Source: Vulcanimicrobiota bacterium
GTDB taxonomy: Bacteria; Vulcanimicrobiota; Vulcanimicrobiia; Vulcanimicrobiales; Vulcanimicrobiaceae
NCBI GenBank assembly: GCA_963812155.1
Contig: CAWETW010000001.1
Location: forward strand, 672,001 to 736,000
Direction of reading: 5' to 3'
DNA: 64,000 nucleotides
Shown: positions 29,404 through 41,480 of the stretch, one piece after another
How positions within the stretch are numbered: the stretch's first letter is position 1
Layout of the letters: each line of letters opens with the position of its first letter
Position numbers and translations under genes: made by a program
The notes under the pieces: generated by a model
Databases searched by the model: none
Seen by the model: the letters and a program-made list of their open reading frames with translations, nothing else
Told to the model about the DNA's origin: nothing

Positions 29404-31436
29404 TGATTGAGTTTGGGCGAGGGGTTTGCGGCGATTTGGCTTCTGCCGAGCGCCGGGAATGGCTCGTCACGAACGGCTTGGGCGGTTTCGCGTCGGGGAC
29501 GATTGCCGGAACGCTGACGCGACGCTACCACGGGTTGCTGATTGCGGCATTTCGTCCGCCGGTGGAGCGCATGCTCCTCGTCGCGAAGATCGACGAGGTT
29601 GCGACCTATCGCGGCCGGCGCGCGGAACTCAACGCCAATCGCTGGCGCGACGACTACGTTTCGCCGAACGGCTACACGCTCATCGAGCGTTTTCGTCTCG
29701 ACGGCAGCCTACCGGTCTGGGAGTATGCAATCGCCGACGCGCTGCTCGAGAAACGCGTGTGGATGGAGCCCGGAGCAAACCGCACGTACGTGCAGTATCG
29801 CGTGCTGCGCGCCGCCTCTCCGATCGATCTTTCCTTGCGCATCTTCGTCAATTATCGCGACTTCCACGGAAATACGCACGCGGGCGATTGGCACATCGGC
29901 ATCACGAGCGAAGATCCGCGGCGCCTTCGAGTGGATGCGGTAGCCGACGGACGCCCCTTCTGGATCGCCGCCGATGGGGGCGCAATCGCCGTAGAAAACG
30001 TGTGGTACCGCGATTTCGTGCTCGCGCAGGAAACGATGCGCGGATTGGACGACCGCGACGACAATCTTGCAGCCGGCAGCGCGAGCGTCACCCTGGAGCC
30101 GGGGGCGTCGATCGCGATAGCGTGTTCCGACGAGGCGATTGAAACCGTCGACGTCGTCGCGGCGATGGAACGTCGAGCGGCGCACGATGCCGCGGTGACG
30201 GCCGCATACCCGCGCACGGCGCCGTTCTCCGGCGTGGGGAGTGCGCGGAACGACGAGCAACCGGCTAGGCTCGTGCAGTGCGCGCTCGCCGCGGATCAAT
30301 TCGTCGTCGCGCATCCGATCGATACGGACCCCGGCGCGCGCTCGATTATCGCGGGCTACCATTGGTTCGGCGATTGGGGACGCGACACGATGATCGCGCT
30401 GCCCGGCCTTACGCTCACGACCGGGAGGCCAGAAATCGCGCGTTCGATCCTCACGACGTTTTCGGCGTTCGTAGACGGCGGCATGCTGCCGAACTTTTTC
30501 CCGGAACACGGCCAAGCCCCGGAATATAACACCGTCGACGCGGCGCTGTGGTACGTCGAGACCGCGGCGCGCTATGTCGAGCTTACGGGCGACGACGCGA
30601 CGCTGCGTGCGTTGTGGCCGTCGCTGCAGCAGGTCGTCGCACGTTATCGCGACGGAACGCGCTACGGGATTCACATGGACGGCGACGGGCTCATCGTCGC
30701 GAGCGCGCCCGGCGTGCAACTGACGTGGATGGATGCGAAGGTGGGCGACCGGGTCATCACGCCGCGCATGGGGAAGCCCGTGGAAATCGCCGCCCTTTGG
30801 TACAACGCGCTGATGCGCATGCAGACTCTCGCGACGCGCCTGGGCGATGACGGCGCCGGGACGTACGCTGCGCTTGCCGCAAAGGCGCGGACGGGATTCG
30901 AGAAGTTTTGGAACGAGGCAGGCGGATATTGTTACGACGTCATCGACGGACCCGACGGTAGCGACGCGTCGCTTCGGCCGAACCAGATCTTCGCAGCGGC
31001 ACTGCCCCATGCAGTGATCTCTTTGGAGCGCGCGCGCGGCGTCGTCGACGTCTGCGCGGCGCATCTCGTCACGTCCGCCGGGTTGCGGTCGCTCGCGCCC
31101 GAGGACCCGCGTTACGTCGCATACTATCGCGGTCCGCCGGGCGAGCGCGATGCTGCCTACCATCAAGGCACCGTTTGGGCCTGGCTGCTGGGCCCGTTCG
31201 CAATCGCGCACGCACGCATCTATCGCGATGCCGCCGCGGCACGATCGTTTCTGCGGCCGCTCGCCGATTCGATATTCGATGCCGGACTCGGCACGATCGG
31301 CGAAATTGCCGACGCGACGGCGCCGTTTGCGCCGCAGGGCGCGATCGCGCAAGCGTGGTCCGTCGGCGAGTTGCTGCGAGCGTGGCACGAGATTCCCGGC
31401 CTCGGCGCAGGGCGGCCTCGCCCCCTAGCGCAATAG
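29403..31436 (+). CDS. Amylo-alpha-1,6-glucosidase (glycogen debranching enzyme, GDE_N + GDE_C)
   Basis: EWLVTNGLGGFASGT, IAGYHWF.DWGRDTMI, QLTWMDAK, LRPNQ, AYHQGTVW, AQAWS. Confidence 0.92.
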   Translation: MIEFGRGVCGDLASAERREWLVTNGLGGFASGTIAGTLTRRYHGLLIAAFRPPVERMLLVAKIDEVATYRGRRAELNANRWRDDYVSPNGYTLIERFRLDGSLPVWEYAIADALLEKRVWMEPGANRTYVQYRVLRAASPIDLSLRIFVNYRDFHGNTHAGDWHIGITSEDPRRLRVDAVADGRPFWIAADGGAIAVENVWYRDFVLAQETMRGLDDRDDNLAAGSASVTLEPGASIAIACSDEAIETVDVVAAMERRAAHDAAVTAAYPRTAPFSGVGSARNDEQPARLVQCALAADQFVVAHPIDTDPGARSIIAGYHWFGDWGRDTMIALPGLTLTTGRPEIARSILTTFSAFVDGGMLPNFFPEHGQAPEYNTVDAALWYVETAARYVELTGDDATLRALWPSLQQVVARYRDGTRYGIHMDGDGLIVASAPGVQLTWMDAKVGDRVITPRMGKPVEIAALWYNALMRMQTLATRLGDDGAGTYAALAAKARTGFEKFWNEAGGYCYDVIDGPDGSDASLRPNQIFAAALPHAVISLERARGVVDVCAAHLVTSAGLRSLAPEDPRYVAYYRGPPGERDAAYHQGTVWAWLLGPFAIAHARIYRDAAAARSFLRPLADSIFDAGLGTIGEIADATAPFAPQGAIAQAWSVGELLRAWHEIPGLGAGRPRPLAQ

Positions 31437-31444
31437 GGGCGCCA

Positions 31445-33618
31445 ATGGCACGGGGGTATTGGGCGGATCCGTTTGCGTATCTCGGCATGCACCGGGAAGG
31501 CAACGGGCTCGTGCTGCGCACGTCGCAACCGCGCGCTCTCGGCGTGCGCGTGCGGACGCGTGAGGGCAAAGATCTTGGCGCGTTGGCGCGGCTCGACGAC
31601 GACGGGCTCTACGAAATCCGGTTTGCGCGCCGGCGCAAACCGTTCGACTACGTGCTCGAGGTCGAAGGTTCGGGCGGCCCCATGCTCGTTGAGGATCCCT
31701 ATCGCTTCAGACCGCTGCTCGGCGACGTTGACTCCTACCTGATTGCCGAGGGAAACCACCACGAACTGTGGCGAGTGCTCGGCGCGCATTGCCGCACCAT
31801 CGACGGCGTCGCCGGCACGGCGTTTGCCGTGTGGGCTCCCAATGCGCTGCGCGTCAGCGTCGTCGGCGATTTCAACGGGTGGGACGGCCGCTACCATCCG
31901 ATGCGCAAGCGCGTCGAATGCGGCGTGTGGGAGATCTTTATTCCGGGCGTCGCCGGCGGCGCACGCTACAAGTTCGAACTGGAACGTCCGGAAGGCGGAT
32001 TGCTTCCGTTGAAAAGCGATCCGCTCGCGCGTTATGCGGAGCGGCCGCCTGCGACCGCGTCCATCGTCGAGGCGGAATCGCGGTTCGAATGGACCGATGC
32101 CGCCTGGATTGAACGCCGCGGCGACGGCGGCGAGCGCCGGCGCGCCGATTTCAATCTACGAAGTGCATTTGGGCTCGTGGAGACGCCGGGGCGACGAGGG
32201 CAATCGCTATCTCAGCTACGACGAACTTTCGGCGGAACTCTTGCCGTACGTCGCCGAGATGGGTTTCACGCACGTCGAACTGCTGCCGGTGACCGAACAT
32301 CCCTTCGACGGATCGTGGGGGTATCAGCCGACGGGTATGTTCGCGCCGACGAGCCGGTACGGAACGCCCGATGCGTTCCGGCGCTTCGTCGACACGGCGC
32401 ATCGGCTGGGCGTCGGCGTGATTCTCGATTGGGTGCCGGGCCATTTTCCGAGCGACCCGCACGGCCTCGCATTCTTCGACGGCACGTATCTCTACGAATA
32501 CGGCGATCCGCGCAAGGGTTTTCAGCCGGACTGGAACACGCTCATTTACAATCACGGGCGTCGCGAGGTGGCGAACTTTCTCATCGCGAGCGCGCTCTAT
32601 TGGATCGAGGAGTTTCACGTGGACGGTCTGCGCGTCGACGCGGTCGCTTCGATGCTGTATCTCGATTACAGCCGGCGCGAAGGCGAGTGGGTGCCCAACG
32701 CGCGCGGCGGTCGCGAAAACCTCGATGCGATCGAGTTTTTGAAGCGACTCAATCAGACGCTGCACGATACGCACGGCGATGCCGTCACGATTGCCGAGGA
32801 GTCGACGTCGTGGCCGCTGGTGACCGGGGCCGTGGCCGACGGCGGACTGGGATTCGGCTACAAGTGGAACATGGGGTGGATGCACGATTCGCTGCGCTAC
32901 TTGGGATACGATCCGGTCTACCGCCGCTACCATCAGAACGATCTGACGTTCGGATTGATCTACGCGTTCAGCGAACGATTCGTGCTGCCGCTTTCGCACG
33001 ATGAAGTGGTGCACGGCAAACGTCCGCTCGTCGAGAAAATGCCGGGCGACCGCTGGCAGCGTTTCGCGAACGTGCGGCTGCTGCTGGCACTGATGATCGC
33101 GCATCCCGGCAAGAAACTGCTGTTCATGGGCGACGAGATCGCTGCGCCCAAGGAGTGGAATCACGACGCGCAGCTCGACTGGGGCGTGCTCGACGACGCG
33201 CTGCATGCGGGCGTGGCGCACCTCGTCCGCGACTGCAACCGTCTCTATCGCGCGACGCCGGCGCTCTACGAACTCGACTGCGAGCCGCAGGGATTCGAAT
33301 GGATCTCCTGCGACGACAGCGCCAACAGCGTGCTCGCGTTTCTGCGGCGCAGCCGCGCCGGCGAGTTCGCGGTCGTGCGTCGTCAACGCGACGCCGGTAG
33401 TGCGCTATGGTTACCGCATCGGCGTGCCGCAGCCCGGGACCTATCGCGAAGCGCTCAACAGCGACTCCGAGCACTACGGCGGCAGCAACGTCGGCAATCA
33501 AGGCAGCGTCGTTAGCGAAGCGATCGCCGCAAACGGGCACGCCGATTCGCTTTCGCTCACCCTGCCGCCGCTGTCGGTTGCGATCTTCGTCTATGATGGC
33601 GAGGAATGTGAACGCTAG
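31445..33618 (+). CDS. glgB: 1,4-alpha-glucan branching enzyme; frameshifts near 32130 and 33380
   Basis: [55 protein letters not shown]. Confidence 0.92.
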
Positions 33619-36028
33619 AGCAATCTTAAGGTCGCCAGAGCAAGCACGAACCGGGGTCCATGCCGTACGGGAAGCGTTGGAGTACCGCGTCGCGGTCGTT
33701 CAGGCCGCTGCGGGATGGGGAAAAACCACGGCGGTACGCACCGCGACTGCCGGCGTAGCCCACGAGTGGCACGACGCGGCGACGCTCGGTTCCGACGAAC
33801 TCCTTGCGGCGGCCTCGTCGGGGGATCGCCTCATCGTCATCGACGACGTACACGCCTTCGCCGGTAACGGGCCGGGGCCCGACACGATCGCGGAGTTGGT
33901 CGACCGGTTTCCTGAAACGCGATGGGCCTTCGTGTCCCGCCAGTCTGTCGGGCTACCAATCGCAACTTGGATCGCGAAAGGGAAAGCAGCCGCGCCGGTC
34001 GGGCAAAGCGATTTGTCATTGACGGCATACGAAATTCGCCGCGCCGCAAAGAGCCTCGGTCTGCGCACCGATGACGCCGCGATGCAATTTATCGCTGACG
34101 CAACCAGTGGATGGCCGGTCGCAGTGAGGTTCGCGCTCGCCGCTCTGCAGCGTTCGTCGTCGGATCTCTCGCGTGCCTTCGCGACGACGCACCGGCTCTT
34201 GTCGGCATACTTCGCTACAGAAATACTTCAACAACTCGACGACGATCGTCGCGAGCTGCTTTCCGATCTGGCGTTGCTGGGCGAGTTCGACGAAGGGATG
34301 CTCGCAGCACTCGGCCGTGAAGACGCATCGGCGGATCTGCGATGGCTCGACGGCGCGGCGATTCCGTCATGCGATGTAGGAAATCGGCGTTCGCTGCATC
34401 CGGTATTCGCCCAGTATATGATCGTGCAGATTCCCGCGACCCACCGGCAAGCTCGTGCACTCCGTGCAGCCGCGGCGCTACGAGCGTCGGGTCTTGTCGG
34501 ACGCGCTTTCGATTTGAAGCGGAGCTACGCTCCGGACTCGGCGCTCGCAGCGATTCGCGACGAAGGCTTGGCCCTGCTAGATGCGGGCTGTTGGGCCGGC
34601 GTGGAACAAGCCATTCGCACGCTGCCACAATCGATACGTCGCGACGACCCGATCGTCGTATGCTTGCGCGCGGAACTCGAAGCGGAAGCCGGCGCGTTAG
34701 AACGCGCGAACGCTCTGTACGAAAAAGCACACAACATAACGACGACTCCCGAAGTTCACGCCGGCATCTGTCGTCACCGGGCCCTGCATTATCTCAATCA
34801 GGGCAAGACTGAAGCTCTCGACGTAATACTCCCCGCGCTCGACGTGGGTACGGCGATAGAGCGAATGGATACGCACGGCATTTACGCGATGGCCCTGGCA
34901 TTAACGGGCCGTCTAGACGATGCGCTCCTGGAGGGACGGCACGCCGTAGACGTTGCTACAGACCTTGACGATGAGGGGTTGCTGGTCCGCTCGTTGCAAC
35001 GGCTGTCATATGTCGAATTCCAAGCGGGTCACCTTGCCGATGCAGAAAAACATGGCCGCGAGGCTTCGCGCCTCGCCCATCGCCTCGGCGCGTGGTTTCA
35101 CTTTATCTGCGCGCAGAGCATTCTATACGGTGTGGCTATTGGGATACGCGACGATCACGCTGCGGCCTTATGGCACGCGCAACAGATCGAGTGGGCGGCA
35201 GAACGCACGGGAGATCGGCGACACCGTTCGTATGCGCTCAGCGCGCAATACGTTCTCGAGGTCGAGCGAGGGCGCAGAGAGCGCGCGCTGGCGATCGAAT
35301 CGGCGATAACGGTGCATTCGGGTTTCCGCGACGCACTTGAGTGCTGTTTCGCCTTGGCAACGCGTCTGAGTTGGGACGGCGAGTTTTCAGAAGGTTATAG
35401 GGTTTTAGCACTGCTGGACGATCACGTCGTAGACCCTTCCGAACGGCGCCTCTTGAACGCGGCGCTTGCGATGTTCGCAGCTTTCGGAGGCGACGAGCGG
35501 AATGCATCACTTCGCCTCCGCGCGTGCGGCAGAGTTGCGGAAGCAGCCGCTCGAGAAAACGCCGTTGGAAACGTGCAAGCCGACTGCTATGCGGCGGTCG
35601 CGCAAATCGTGCTCGGCCACGCGGAAGCCGCAGTCCGCCGTTTACCGCATCTCGCTCCCACCGCGCAAACGCGCGCGCTGGCGTCGTTCGCGCGCGATCT
35701 CGCTGCGCTGGGTTCCGCGCTTGGAAGCGAATCGGCATCAAAGGCTCTCCAGCGCTTGCGTTTGGCGCGCCAAGAGGGAATTGCGGAAGCGGTCGCCGCC
35801 GCGCTTGCTTCGCTGCGGCATGACGAAGGATCTGCGCTGCTCACGGATGCTGAAATCCGCGTCTTGGTCGACTTGGCGAGCGGTCGAACGGCCAAGGCAA
35901 TCGCTCAAAAGCACGCCCGCAGCATCCATACGATACGCAACCAAATCAAGGCGGCCACCCGCAAACTCGGTGCCTCAGGGAGCATCGAAGCGGTGGCGCG
36001 CGCACATCACCTCGGACTGCTCCGTTAG
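33608..36028 (+). CDS. MalT-like ATP-dependent LuxR-family transcriptional regulator (NTPase-TPR-HTH)
   Basis: Walker A AAAGWGKTT, Walker B LIVIDD, GWP.A motif, helical repeats, C-terminal LT.AE..VL..LASG.T.K.IA....SIHTIRNQ; RBS gagga before GTG. Confidence 0.85.
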   Translation: MNARAILRSPEQARTGVHAVREALEYRVAVVQAAAGWGKTTAVRTATAGVAHEWHDAATLGSDELLAAASSGDRLIVIDDVHAFAGNGPGPDTIAELVDRFPETRWAFVSRQSVGLPIATWIAKGKAAAPVGQSDLSLTAYEIRRAAKSLGLRTDDAAMQFIADATSGWPVAVRFALAALQRSSSDLSRAFATTHRLLSAYFATEILQQLDDDRRELLSDLALLGEFDEGMLAALGREDASADLRWLDGAAIPSCDVGNRRSLHPVFAQYMIVQIPATHRQARALRAAAALRASGLVGRAFDLKRSYAPDSALAAIRDEGLALLDAGCWAGVEQAIRTLPQSIRRDDPIVVCLRAELEAEAGALERANALYEKAHNITTTPEVHAGICRHRALHYLNQGKTEALDVILPALDVGTAIERMDTHGIYAMALALTGRLDDALLEGRHAVDVATDLDDEGLLVRSLQRLSYVEFQAGHLADAEKHGREASRLAHRLGAWFHFICAQSILYGVAIGIRDDHAAALWHAQQIEWAAERTGDRRHRSYALSAQYVLEVERGRRERALAIESAITVHSGFRDALECCFALATRLSWDGEFSEGYRVLALLDDHVVDPSERRLLNAALAMFAAFGGDERNASLRLRACGRVAEAAARENAVGNVQADCYAAVAQIVLGHAEAAVRRLPHLAPTAQTRALASFARDLAALGSALGSESASKALQRLRLARQEGIAEAVAAALASLRHDEGSALLTDAEIRVLVDLASGRTAKAIAQKHARSIHTIRNQIKAATRKLGASGSIEAVARAHHLGLLR

Positions 36029-36179
36029 GCCGCATAGCCTAAAGTGGTCATGGCCCACTGCGGGCCGTTCCTGCAAGATGAGTCGCGGCAAGCCTTGCCG
36101 ATTCCTTAGCGCTTCGTCTCGGGCATCGATCAGGCATTAGTGCCCGCTTCGCCGGACGGCTCTCAGAAAGGTTCTTCAA

Positions 36180-37271
36180 TTGTTTGTGTCTCAATGCCGC
36201 CGCGCCTTACTCGCCGGGGGCGCCCTCGCGTTGCTTGCAGGTTGTTCCGGAGCATCGCAACTCTCTCCATCGACCATTGGCGCCCAGCCGGGTGCGCAGT
36301 TAGCCGGCCGTCAGCCGGCCTTCATCCAAGGGATGAAGCGACCTCTCGGCGCTTTTGCGCTTTCGGCTGCGCAACTCGAAACGCTGCGCAATAGCGGCGT
36401 CAAGGTGCCGCACGTGATACCTCCTAACGGAAGCCACGCCACTTGGGGACGCGCGCTTTTCGTGTCCGACTATCTGGGCAACGTCGTCCAGGAGTTCCAA
36501 CCGGAACGGGGCGGCACGATCATCGCGACCATCAGTGACGTGGTCGGACCGCAAGGCATGGACCGGGACCGTCACGGAAACCTGTACGTGACGAGCCAAG
36601 GCACGTCTTCGGTGAACGTTTACACTCCTGGTAGTTACACCGCCTCAAAGATCCTCAACGAAGGAAACCAACAAGCGCCGGCCTCGGTAGCCGTTTGTCC
36701 GAACGGCACGGTGTACGTGTCGAACACGTACGCCGATAACGGCAACGTCGACGGCAGCATCCAAATCTTCAAGAAGAACGCGACGTCGCCGACCGGCTCG
36801 ATCCCCGATAGCAAGATTTTCTTTTCGTTCTTCGTCGCTTGCGATGCCGCCGGTAATGTTTGGTACGACTACGTCGACCAGAACTTCGTCACCGGTGTCG
36901 CCGAGTACGTACCGTCCACTGCAACCATCACCGAGTTCGGCAGCCTCGGAATCGATTTCCCCGGCGGCATTCGAGCGCTCGGAAACGGTAAACTGTCGAT
37001 CAACGACCAGAGCACCAGCCAAACCAGTGGAACCGTGCATATCTTCAACACGTCCAACATGGCCGGCGGTCCGATTTCGACCATCACCGGTTTCGACGAT
37101 CCTGTCTCGGGCTCGTGGGTCAAGTCGGACGCCGCAACGTGGCAGGCCGACATCACGACGCAACGCGTCGATTTCGCGAAACTGACGGGGAGTCCGCAAA
37201 TCAAGTACTCCGTCGGCGCCGGAGTCCTTCAAGGCCCAGAAGATGCACTCGTCTTCCCAGGTAACCGCTAA
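36180..37271 (+). CDS. Secreted lipoprotein with NHL-like beta-propeller
   Basis: Lipobox LAGC; LFVSD, PQGM..D..GNLYV, P.SVAV..NGTVYVSN repeats. Confidence 0.8.
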   Translation: MFVSQCRRALLAGGALALLAGCSGASQLSPSTIGAQPGAQLAGRQPAFIQGMKRPLGAFALSAAQLETLRNSGVKVPHVIPPNGSHATWGRALFVSDYLGNVVQEFQPERGGTIIATISDVVGPQGMDRDRHGNLYVTSQGTSSVNVYTPGSYTASKILNEGNQQAPASVAVCPNGTVYVSNTYADNGNVDGSIQIFKKNATSPTGSIPDSKIFFSFFVACDAAGNVWYDYVDQNFVTGVAEYVPSTATITEFGSLGIDFPGGIRALGNGKLSINDQSTSQTSGTVHIFNTSNMAGGPISTITGFDDPVSGSWVKSDAATWQADITTQRVDFAKLTGSPQIKYSVGAGVLQGPEDALVFPGNR

Positions 37272-37311
37272 ATCGAATCACCGCTTCACGTGACCGACGT
37301 GCGCTAGCGAA

Positions 37312-37350
37312 AAGGGGACTGGCCGTGTGTATAGGCCGGTCCCCTTCTTT
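37312..37350 (+). terminator. Intrinsic terminator
   Basis: aaggggactggcc-loop-ggccggtcccctt followed by cttt. Confidence 0.75.
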
Positions 37351-37451
37351 AATTCACACGTTCCGCTGTTGCGCGAATCGTAAAGCGGCAGCCGTCCGAC
37401 CACGAAAACGTTAGACGAGGTTTTCGCCCCCGGCAAAACGCATAAGGGCGC

Positions 37452-39585
37452 ATGATCGCATCGCGGCGAGCTGCCGTTCTACCGGGGCGGCCCTATCCTC
37501 TGGGTGCAACGTGGAACGGTGCGGGCGTGAACTTCGCGCTCTTTTCGGAAAATGCGGAGAAGGTCGAACTCTGCATCTTCGATCCGCGCGGACGCCGCGA
37601 AGTCGAACGCATCGCGCTGCCCGAGTACACCGACTCCGTCTGGCACGGCTATCTGCCCGACGCGCGGCCCGGGTTGCTCTACGGTTATCGCGTGTACGGT
37701 CCGTACGACCCGGCGAACGGCCACCGGTTCAATCACCACAAACTGCTGCTGGACCCGTATGCCGTCATGGTGAGCGGCGGCATCGTATGGAGCGACGCCC
37801 ATTTCGGCTATCGTGTCGGCTCGCCGCGGGCGGATCTGTCGTTCGACCGGCGCGACAACGCCGCCGGCATGCCGAAATGCGTCGTCGTCGATACGGCGTT
37901 TACGTGGGGCAGCGATCGCCTGCTCCACACGCGCTGGCACGACCTCGTCATCTACGAGATGCACGTGCGCGGCTACACGATGAAGCATCACGGCGTTGCG
38001 CCGGAGCGCCGCGGAACGGTTGCCGGCCTTTCGTCGCCGGCGGTCATCGAATACTTGACGCGGCTCGGGGTCAACGCGATCGAACTGCTGCCGGTGCAGA
38101 ATTTCGTCGACGACCGGAACCTCATTCAAAAAGGCTTGCGCAACTACTGGGGATACCAGCCCATCTCATTTTTCGCGCCGATGCCGCGGTATCTCTCGCG
38201 CGCCGACCTCGGCGAGTTCAAGACGATGGTGTCGCGCATGCACGATGCGGGGATCGAAGTGATTCTCGACGTCGTCTACAACCACACCGCCGAAGGCAGC
38301 GAACTCGGGCCGACGCTGAGTTTCCGCGGGATCGACAATAAGTCGTATTATCGCCTGGCCGGTGATCCTCGCTATTATGCCGATACGACCGGTTGCGGCA
38401 ACGCACTCAACCTCGCCCATCCCAGCGTTTTGAAGATGGTGACCGATTCGCTGCGCTATTGGGTCAACGAGATGCACGTGGACGGTTTCCGCTTCGATTT
38501 GGCGACGACGCTGGCGCGCACGAGCGACAACCGGTTCAGCACGCAGAGCAACTTCCTGGCATCGCTGGAGCAAGATCCGGTGCTGTCGCGCGTGAAAATG
38601 ATCGCCGAGCCGTGGGATCTCGGCGAAGACGGCTACCATCTCGGCGACTTCCCAGCCGGATGGTCGGAATGGAACGACCGCTTCCGCGACGGCGTGCGCC
38701 GTTTTTGGCGCGGCGACGGCAACATCCGCGAAATGGCGACGCGCCTCACCGGATCGAGCGACGTCTTCGACCGGCGCGGGCGGCGTCCGCGCTCGAGCGT
38801 GAACTTCGTGACGGCGCACGACGGTTTCACGCTCACCGACCTCGTCTCGTACGACTACAAGCACAACGAAGCCAACCTCGACGACAACCGCGACGGCACC
38901 GACGACAATCTCAGTTGGAACTGCGGCGCGGAAGGTGTCGACCGATGACGCAGGCATTCTCGCGTTGCGCGACCGCCAGAAGCGTAACTTCTTTGCGACG
39001 CTGCTGCTTTCGCAAGGATTGCCGATGCTGGTGGCCGGTGACGAACTCGGCCGCACCCAGTTCGGAAACAATAACGCCTACTGTCAAGACAACGATCTGG
39101 GTTGGCTCGATCGCTCGCACATGTTCGACGAAAGCGGGAGTTTGTTCGCATTCGTGTGCCGGCTGATCGCATTGCGTCGCGCGCATCCGGTTTTTCGGCG
39201 CCCACGCTTCTTCCGCGGCGCAATCTCCGGCGACTCGCCGTTGAAGGACATTACGTGGCACGCACCCGACGCGCGTGAAATGACCTACGACGATTGGCAC
39301 GATGCATCGCTGCGAAGTTTCGCCGCGGTGTTGAGCGGCGACACCGGCGACCGCTTCATCAGCCTTCAGGGCTATCGCGAGCTCGACGACAGTTTCTTGC
39401 TGATCGTGAACGCGCACGACGCTAGCGTGGCCTTTACCCTTCCGCCGGTGCCGTCGGGCGGCCGTTGGATGACGCAAATCGACACGGCGCGTTGGAATGG
39501 AACAGCCGGCAACGGCGCGCTCCTTCCCGGCGAGCGCTACGACGTGGTCGATCGCTCGCTCGTCCTCTTCATCGCGGCGCCGTGA
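37452..39585 (+). CDS. glgX: Glycogen debranching enzyme; frameshift near 38935
   Basis: YPLGATW..GVNFALFS, IYEMHVRG, NYWGY, DVVYNHT, DGFRFDLA, IAEPWD, NFVTAHDGF, SQG.PM..GDE. Confidence 0.93.
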
Positions 39586-41480
39586 CGGAAACGCTCGACC
39601 GGCTCGCAGAAACGGCGGGCATCCTTCCGTCGTTCCGCGATTATTTCGGGAACGAGACGATCGTTTCGCGGGAAACGAAGGCTGCGCTGCTGCACGCGAT
39701 GGGCTACGACGCCGGGTCGGAGCGCCGCATGCGCTCGTCGCTGCGCGATGCGCAAGCCGAAAGCGCCGCCGGTGACGCCGAGGGCGCAGACGGCAGCGCA
39801 TCCGCCGAGTGCTACCTTCCGCCGGCGTGGGAGTCGCGGCCAACGTGGGCGCTCGCGACGCAACTGTACGCGTTGCGCTCCGGCCGTAATTGGGGCATCG
39901 GCGACTTCGGCGACCTGCGCGAACTCGTGGGTCTCGCGGGGCGAGCCGGGGCCGCGGCCGTGGCAATCAATCCGCTCCACGAACTCTTTCCGAACAATCC
40001 CCGTGCGGCGAGCCCCTATGCGCCGTCGAGCCGGCTCTTTCTCAACATCTTCTACATCGACGTCCCGGCCGTACCCGACTTTACGGAGTCGGCGCGAGCG
40101 CAAGCTCTCGTTGCCGCGCCGGAGTTTGCCGCAGCGCTGCAGCGGTTACGCGACGCGGCGCTCGTGGATTACGACGGCGTTGCGCGCGCGAAGCTCGTCG
40201 TTCTCGGACTGCTGTGGGAGTCGTTTCGCGTCAATCATCTCGAGCGTCCCGGCGATGCGCGTGCCCCGGATTTTCGCGCGTTCGTGCGCGACGGCGGCCA
40301 AACACTGGAACGGCTCGCGCGCTACGAGGCGCTGGCGGAACACTTTCGCGCGCGCGACGCCGCCTGCTATGGATGGCTGCAGTGGCCGGCGGAGTACCGC
40401 TCGCCGGATTCTCCCGACGTCGCGCGATTCGCACGCGAGCATCGCGATCGCGTCGATTTCTATTGCTACGCACAGTGGACGGCGGATCGCCAACTCGCCC
40501 GTGCGGCGGCTGGTGACCGCGAAAGCGGTGCGGCATTGTACCGCGACTTGGCCGTCGGCGTCGATCGCAACGGCGCCGACGCCTGGAGCGATCCGGGAGC
40601 AATTGCCGCGGAAGCGTCGCTCGGCGCGCCGGCCGATCCGCTCAACGTGCACGGACAGAACTGGGGCCTTCCGCCGCTTTCGCCGCGCGCACTGCGGGAA
40701 CGCGCGTACACACCGTTTGCATCGTTGCTGCGGGCCAACATGCGTCACGCGCGTATTTTGCGCATCGATCACGTGATGGCGCTGCAACGCGCGTTTTGGA
40801 TTCCGCAGGGGCGGCCGGCAACCGAAGGTGCGTACGTGCGCTATCCGCTCGACGCAATGCTGCGCGTGCTCGCGCGCGAGAGCGTCGCCAACGCCTGCGC
40901 GGTCGTCGGTGAAGATCTCGGCACGGTTCCGGATGGATTTCGCGAACGGCTGCAGGCAGCGCGCGTGCTCTCGTCGCGCTTGGTGTACTTCGAGCGGACG
41001 TGGGACGGCGCATTTCGGCCGCCCGCGGAATACCCGCGATTGGCGGCGGCCAGCATCGGCACGCACGATTTGCCTCCGCTGCTTGGATGGTGGACGGCCG
41101 GCGGCGGCGACGAGCGCCGCCACGCACGCTACACACTCGTGGATGCGCTGCTGCGGGAAGGCTGCATCGACGAGGCGTCTGCCGCGCGCCTGCGCGACGA
41201 TGCGGGTGCGGGCGGGAGCGCGACAGCAGCCGAACTCCTTTCCGATGCGGTGCACCGCTTTCTCGCGCGAACTCCGTCGCTGCTCAAGGTGGTCGCCATC
41301 GAAGACGTACTCGGTGAGACGGCGAGCGTCAACGTGCCCGGCACCGTCGACGAGCATCCGAACTGGCAGCGAAAGCGTTCGCTTCCGATGGAAGCGCTCG
41401 CCGCCGACGGCCGGCTCTTCCGCATCGGCGCGCTGATGTGTGATACTAAACCCGTGACGTTTCGAGTGGGAGCCGGATGA
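39582..41480 (+). CDS. malQ: 4-alpha-glucanotransferase (GH77)
   Basis: [60 protein letters not shown]. Confidence 0.92.
   Translation: MTETLDRLAETAGILPSFRDYFGNETIVSRETKAALLHAMGYDAGSERRMRSSLRDAQAESAAGDAEGADGSASAECYLPPAWESRPTWALATQLYALRSGRNWGIGDFGDLRELVGLAGRAGAAAVAINPLHELFPNNPRAASPYAPSSRLFLNIFYIDVPAVPDFTESARAQALVAAPEFAAALQRLRDAALVDYDGVARAKLVVLGLLWESFRVNHLERPGDARAPDFRAFVRDGGQTLERLARYEALAEHFRARDAACYGWLQWPAEYRSPDSPDVARFAREHRDRVDFYCYAQWTADRQLARAAAGDRESGAALYRDLAVGVDRNGADAWSDPGAIAAEASLGAPADPLNVHGQNWGLPPLSPRALRERAYTPFASLLRANMRHARILRIDHVMALQRAFWIPQGRPATEGAYVRYPLDAMLRVLARESVANACAVVGEDLGTVPDGFRERLQAARVLSSRLVYFERTWDGAFRPPAEYPRLAAASIGTHDLPPLLGWWTAGGGDERRHARYTLVDALLREGCIDEASAARLRDDAGAGGSATAAELLSDAVHRFLARTPSLLKVVAIEDVLGETASVNVPGTVDEHPNWQRKRSLPMEALAADGRLFRIGALMCDTKPVTFRVGAG

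Noticed and set aside
36029..36179. Riboswitch or ncRNA in the regulator-lipoprotein intergenic region
   Set aside because: Only short hairpins; no known family motif could be recognised by eye
31445..39585. Programmed ribosomal frameshifting in glgB and glgX
   Set aside because: No slippery heptamers were seen at the shifts, and similar indels are scattered across unrelated genes
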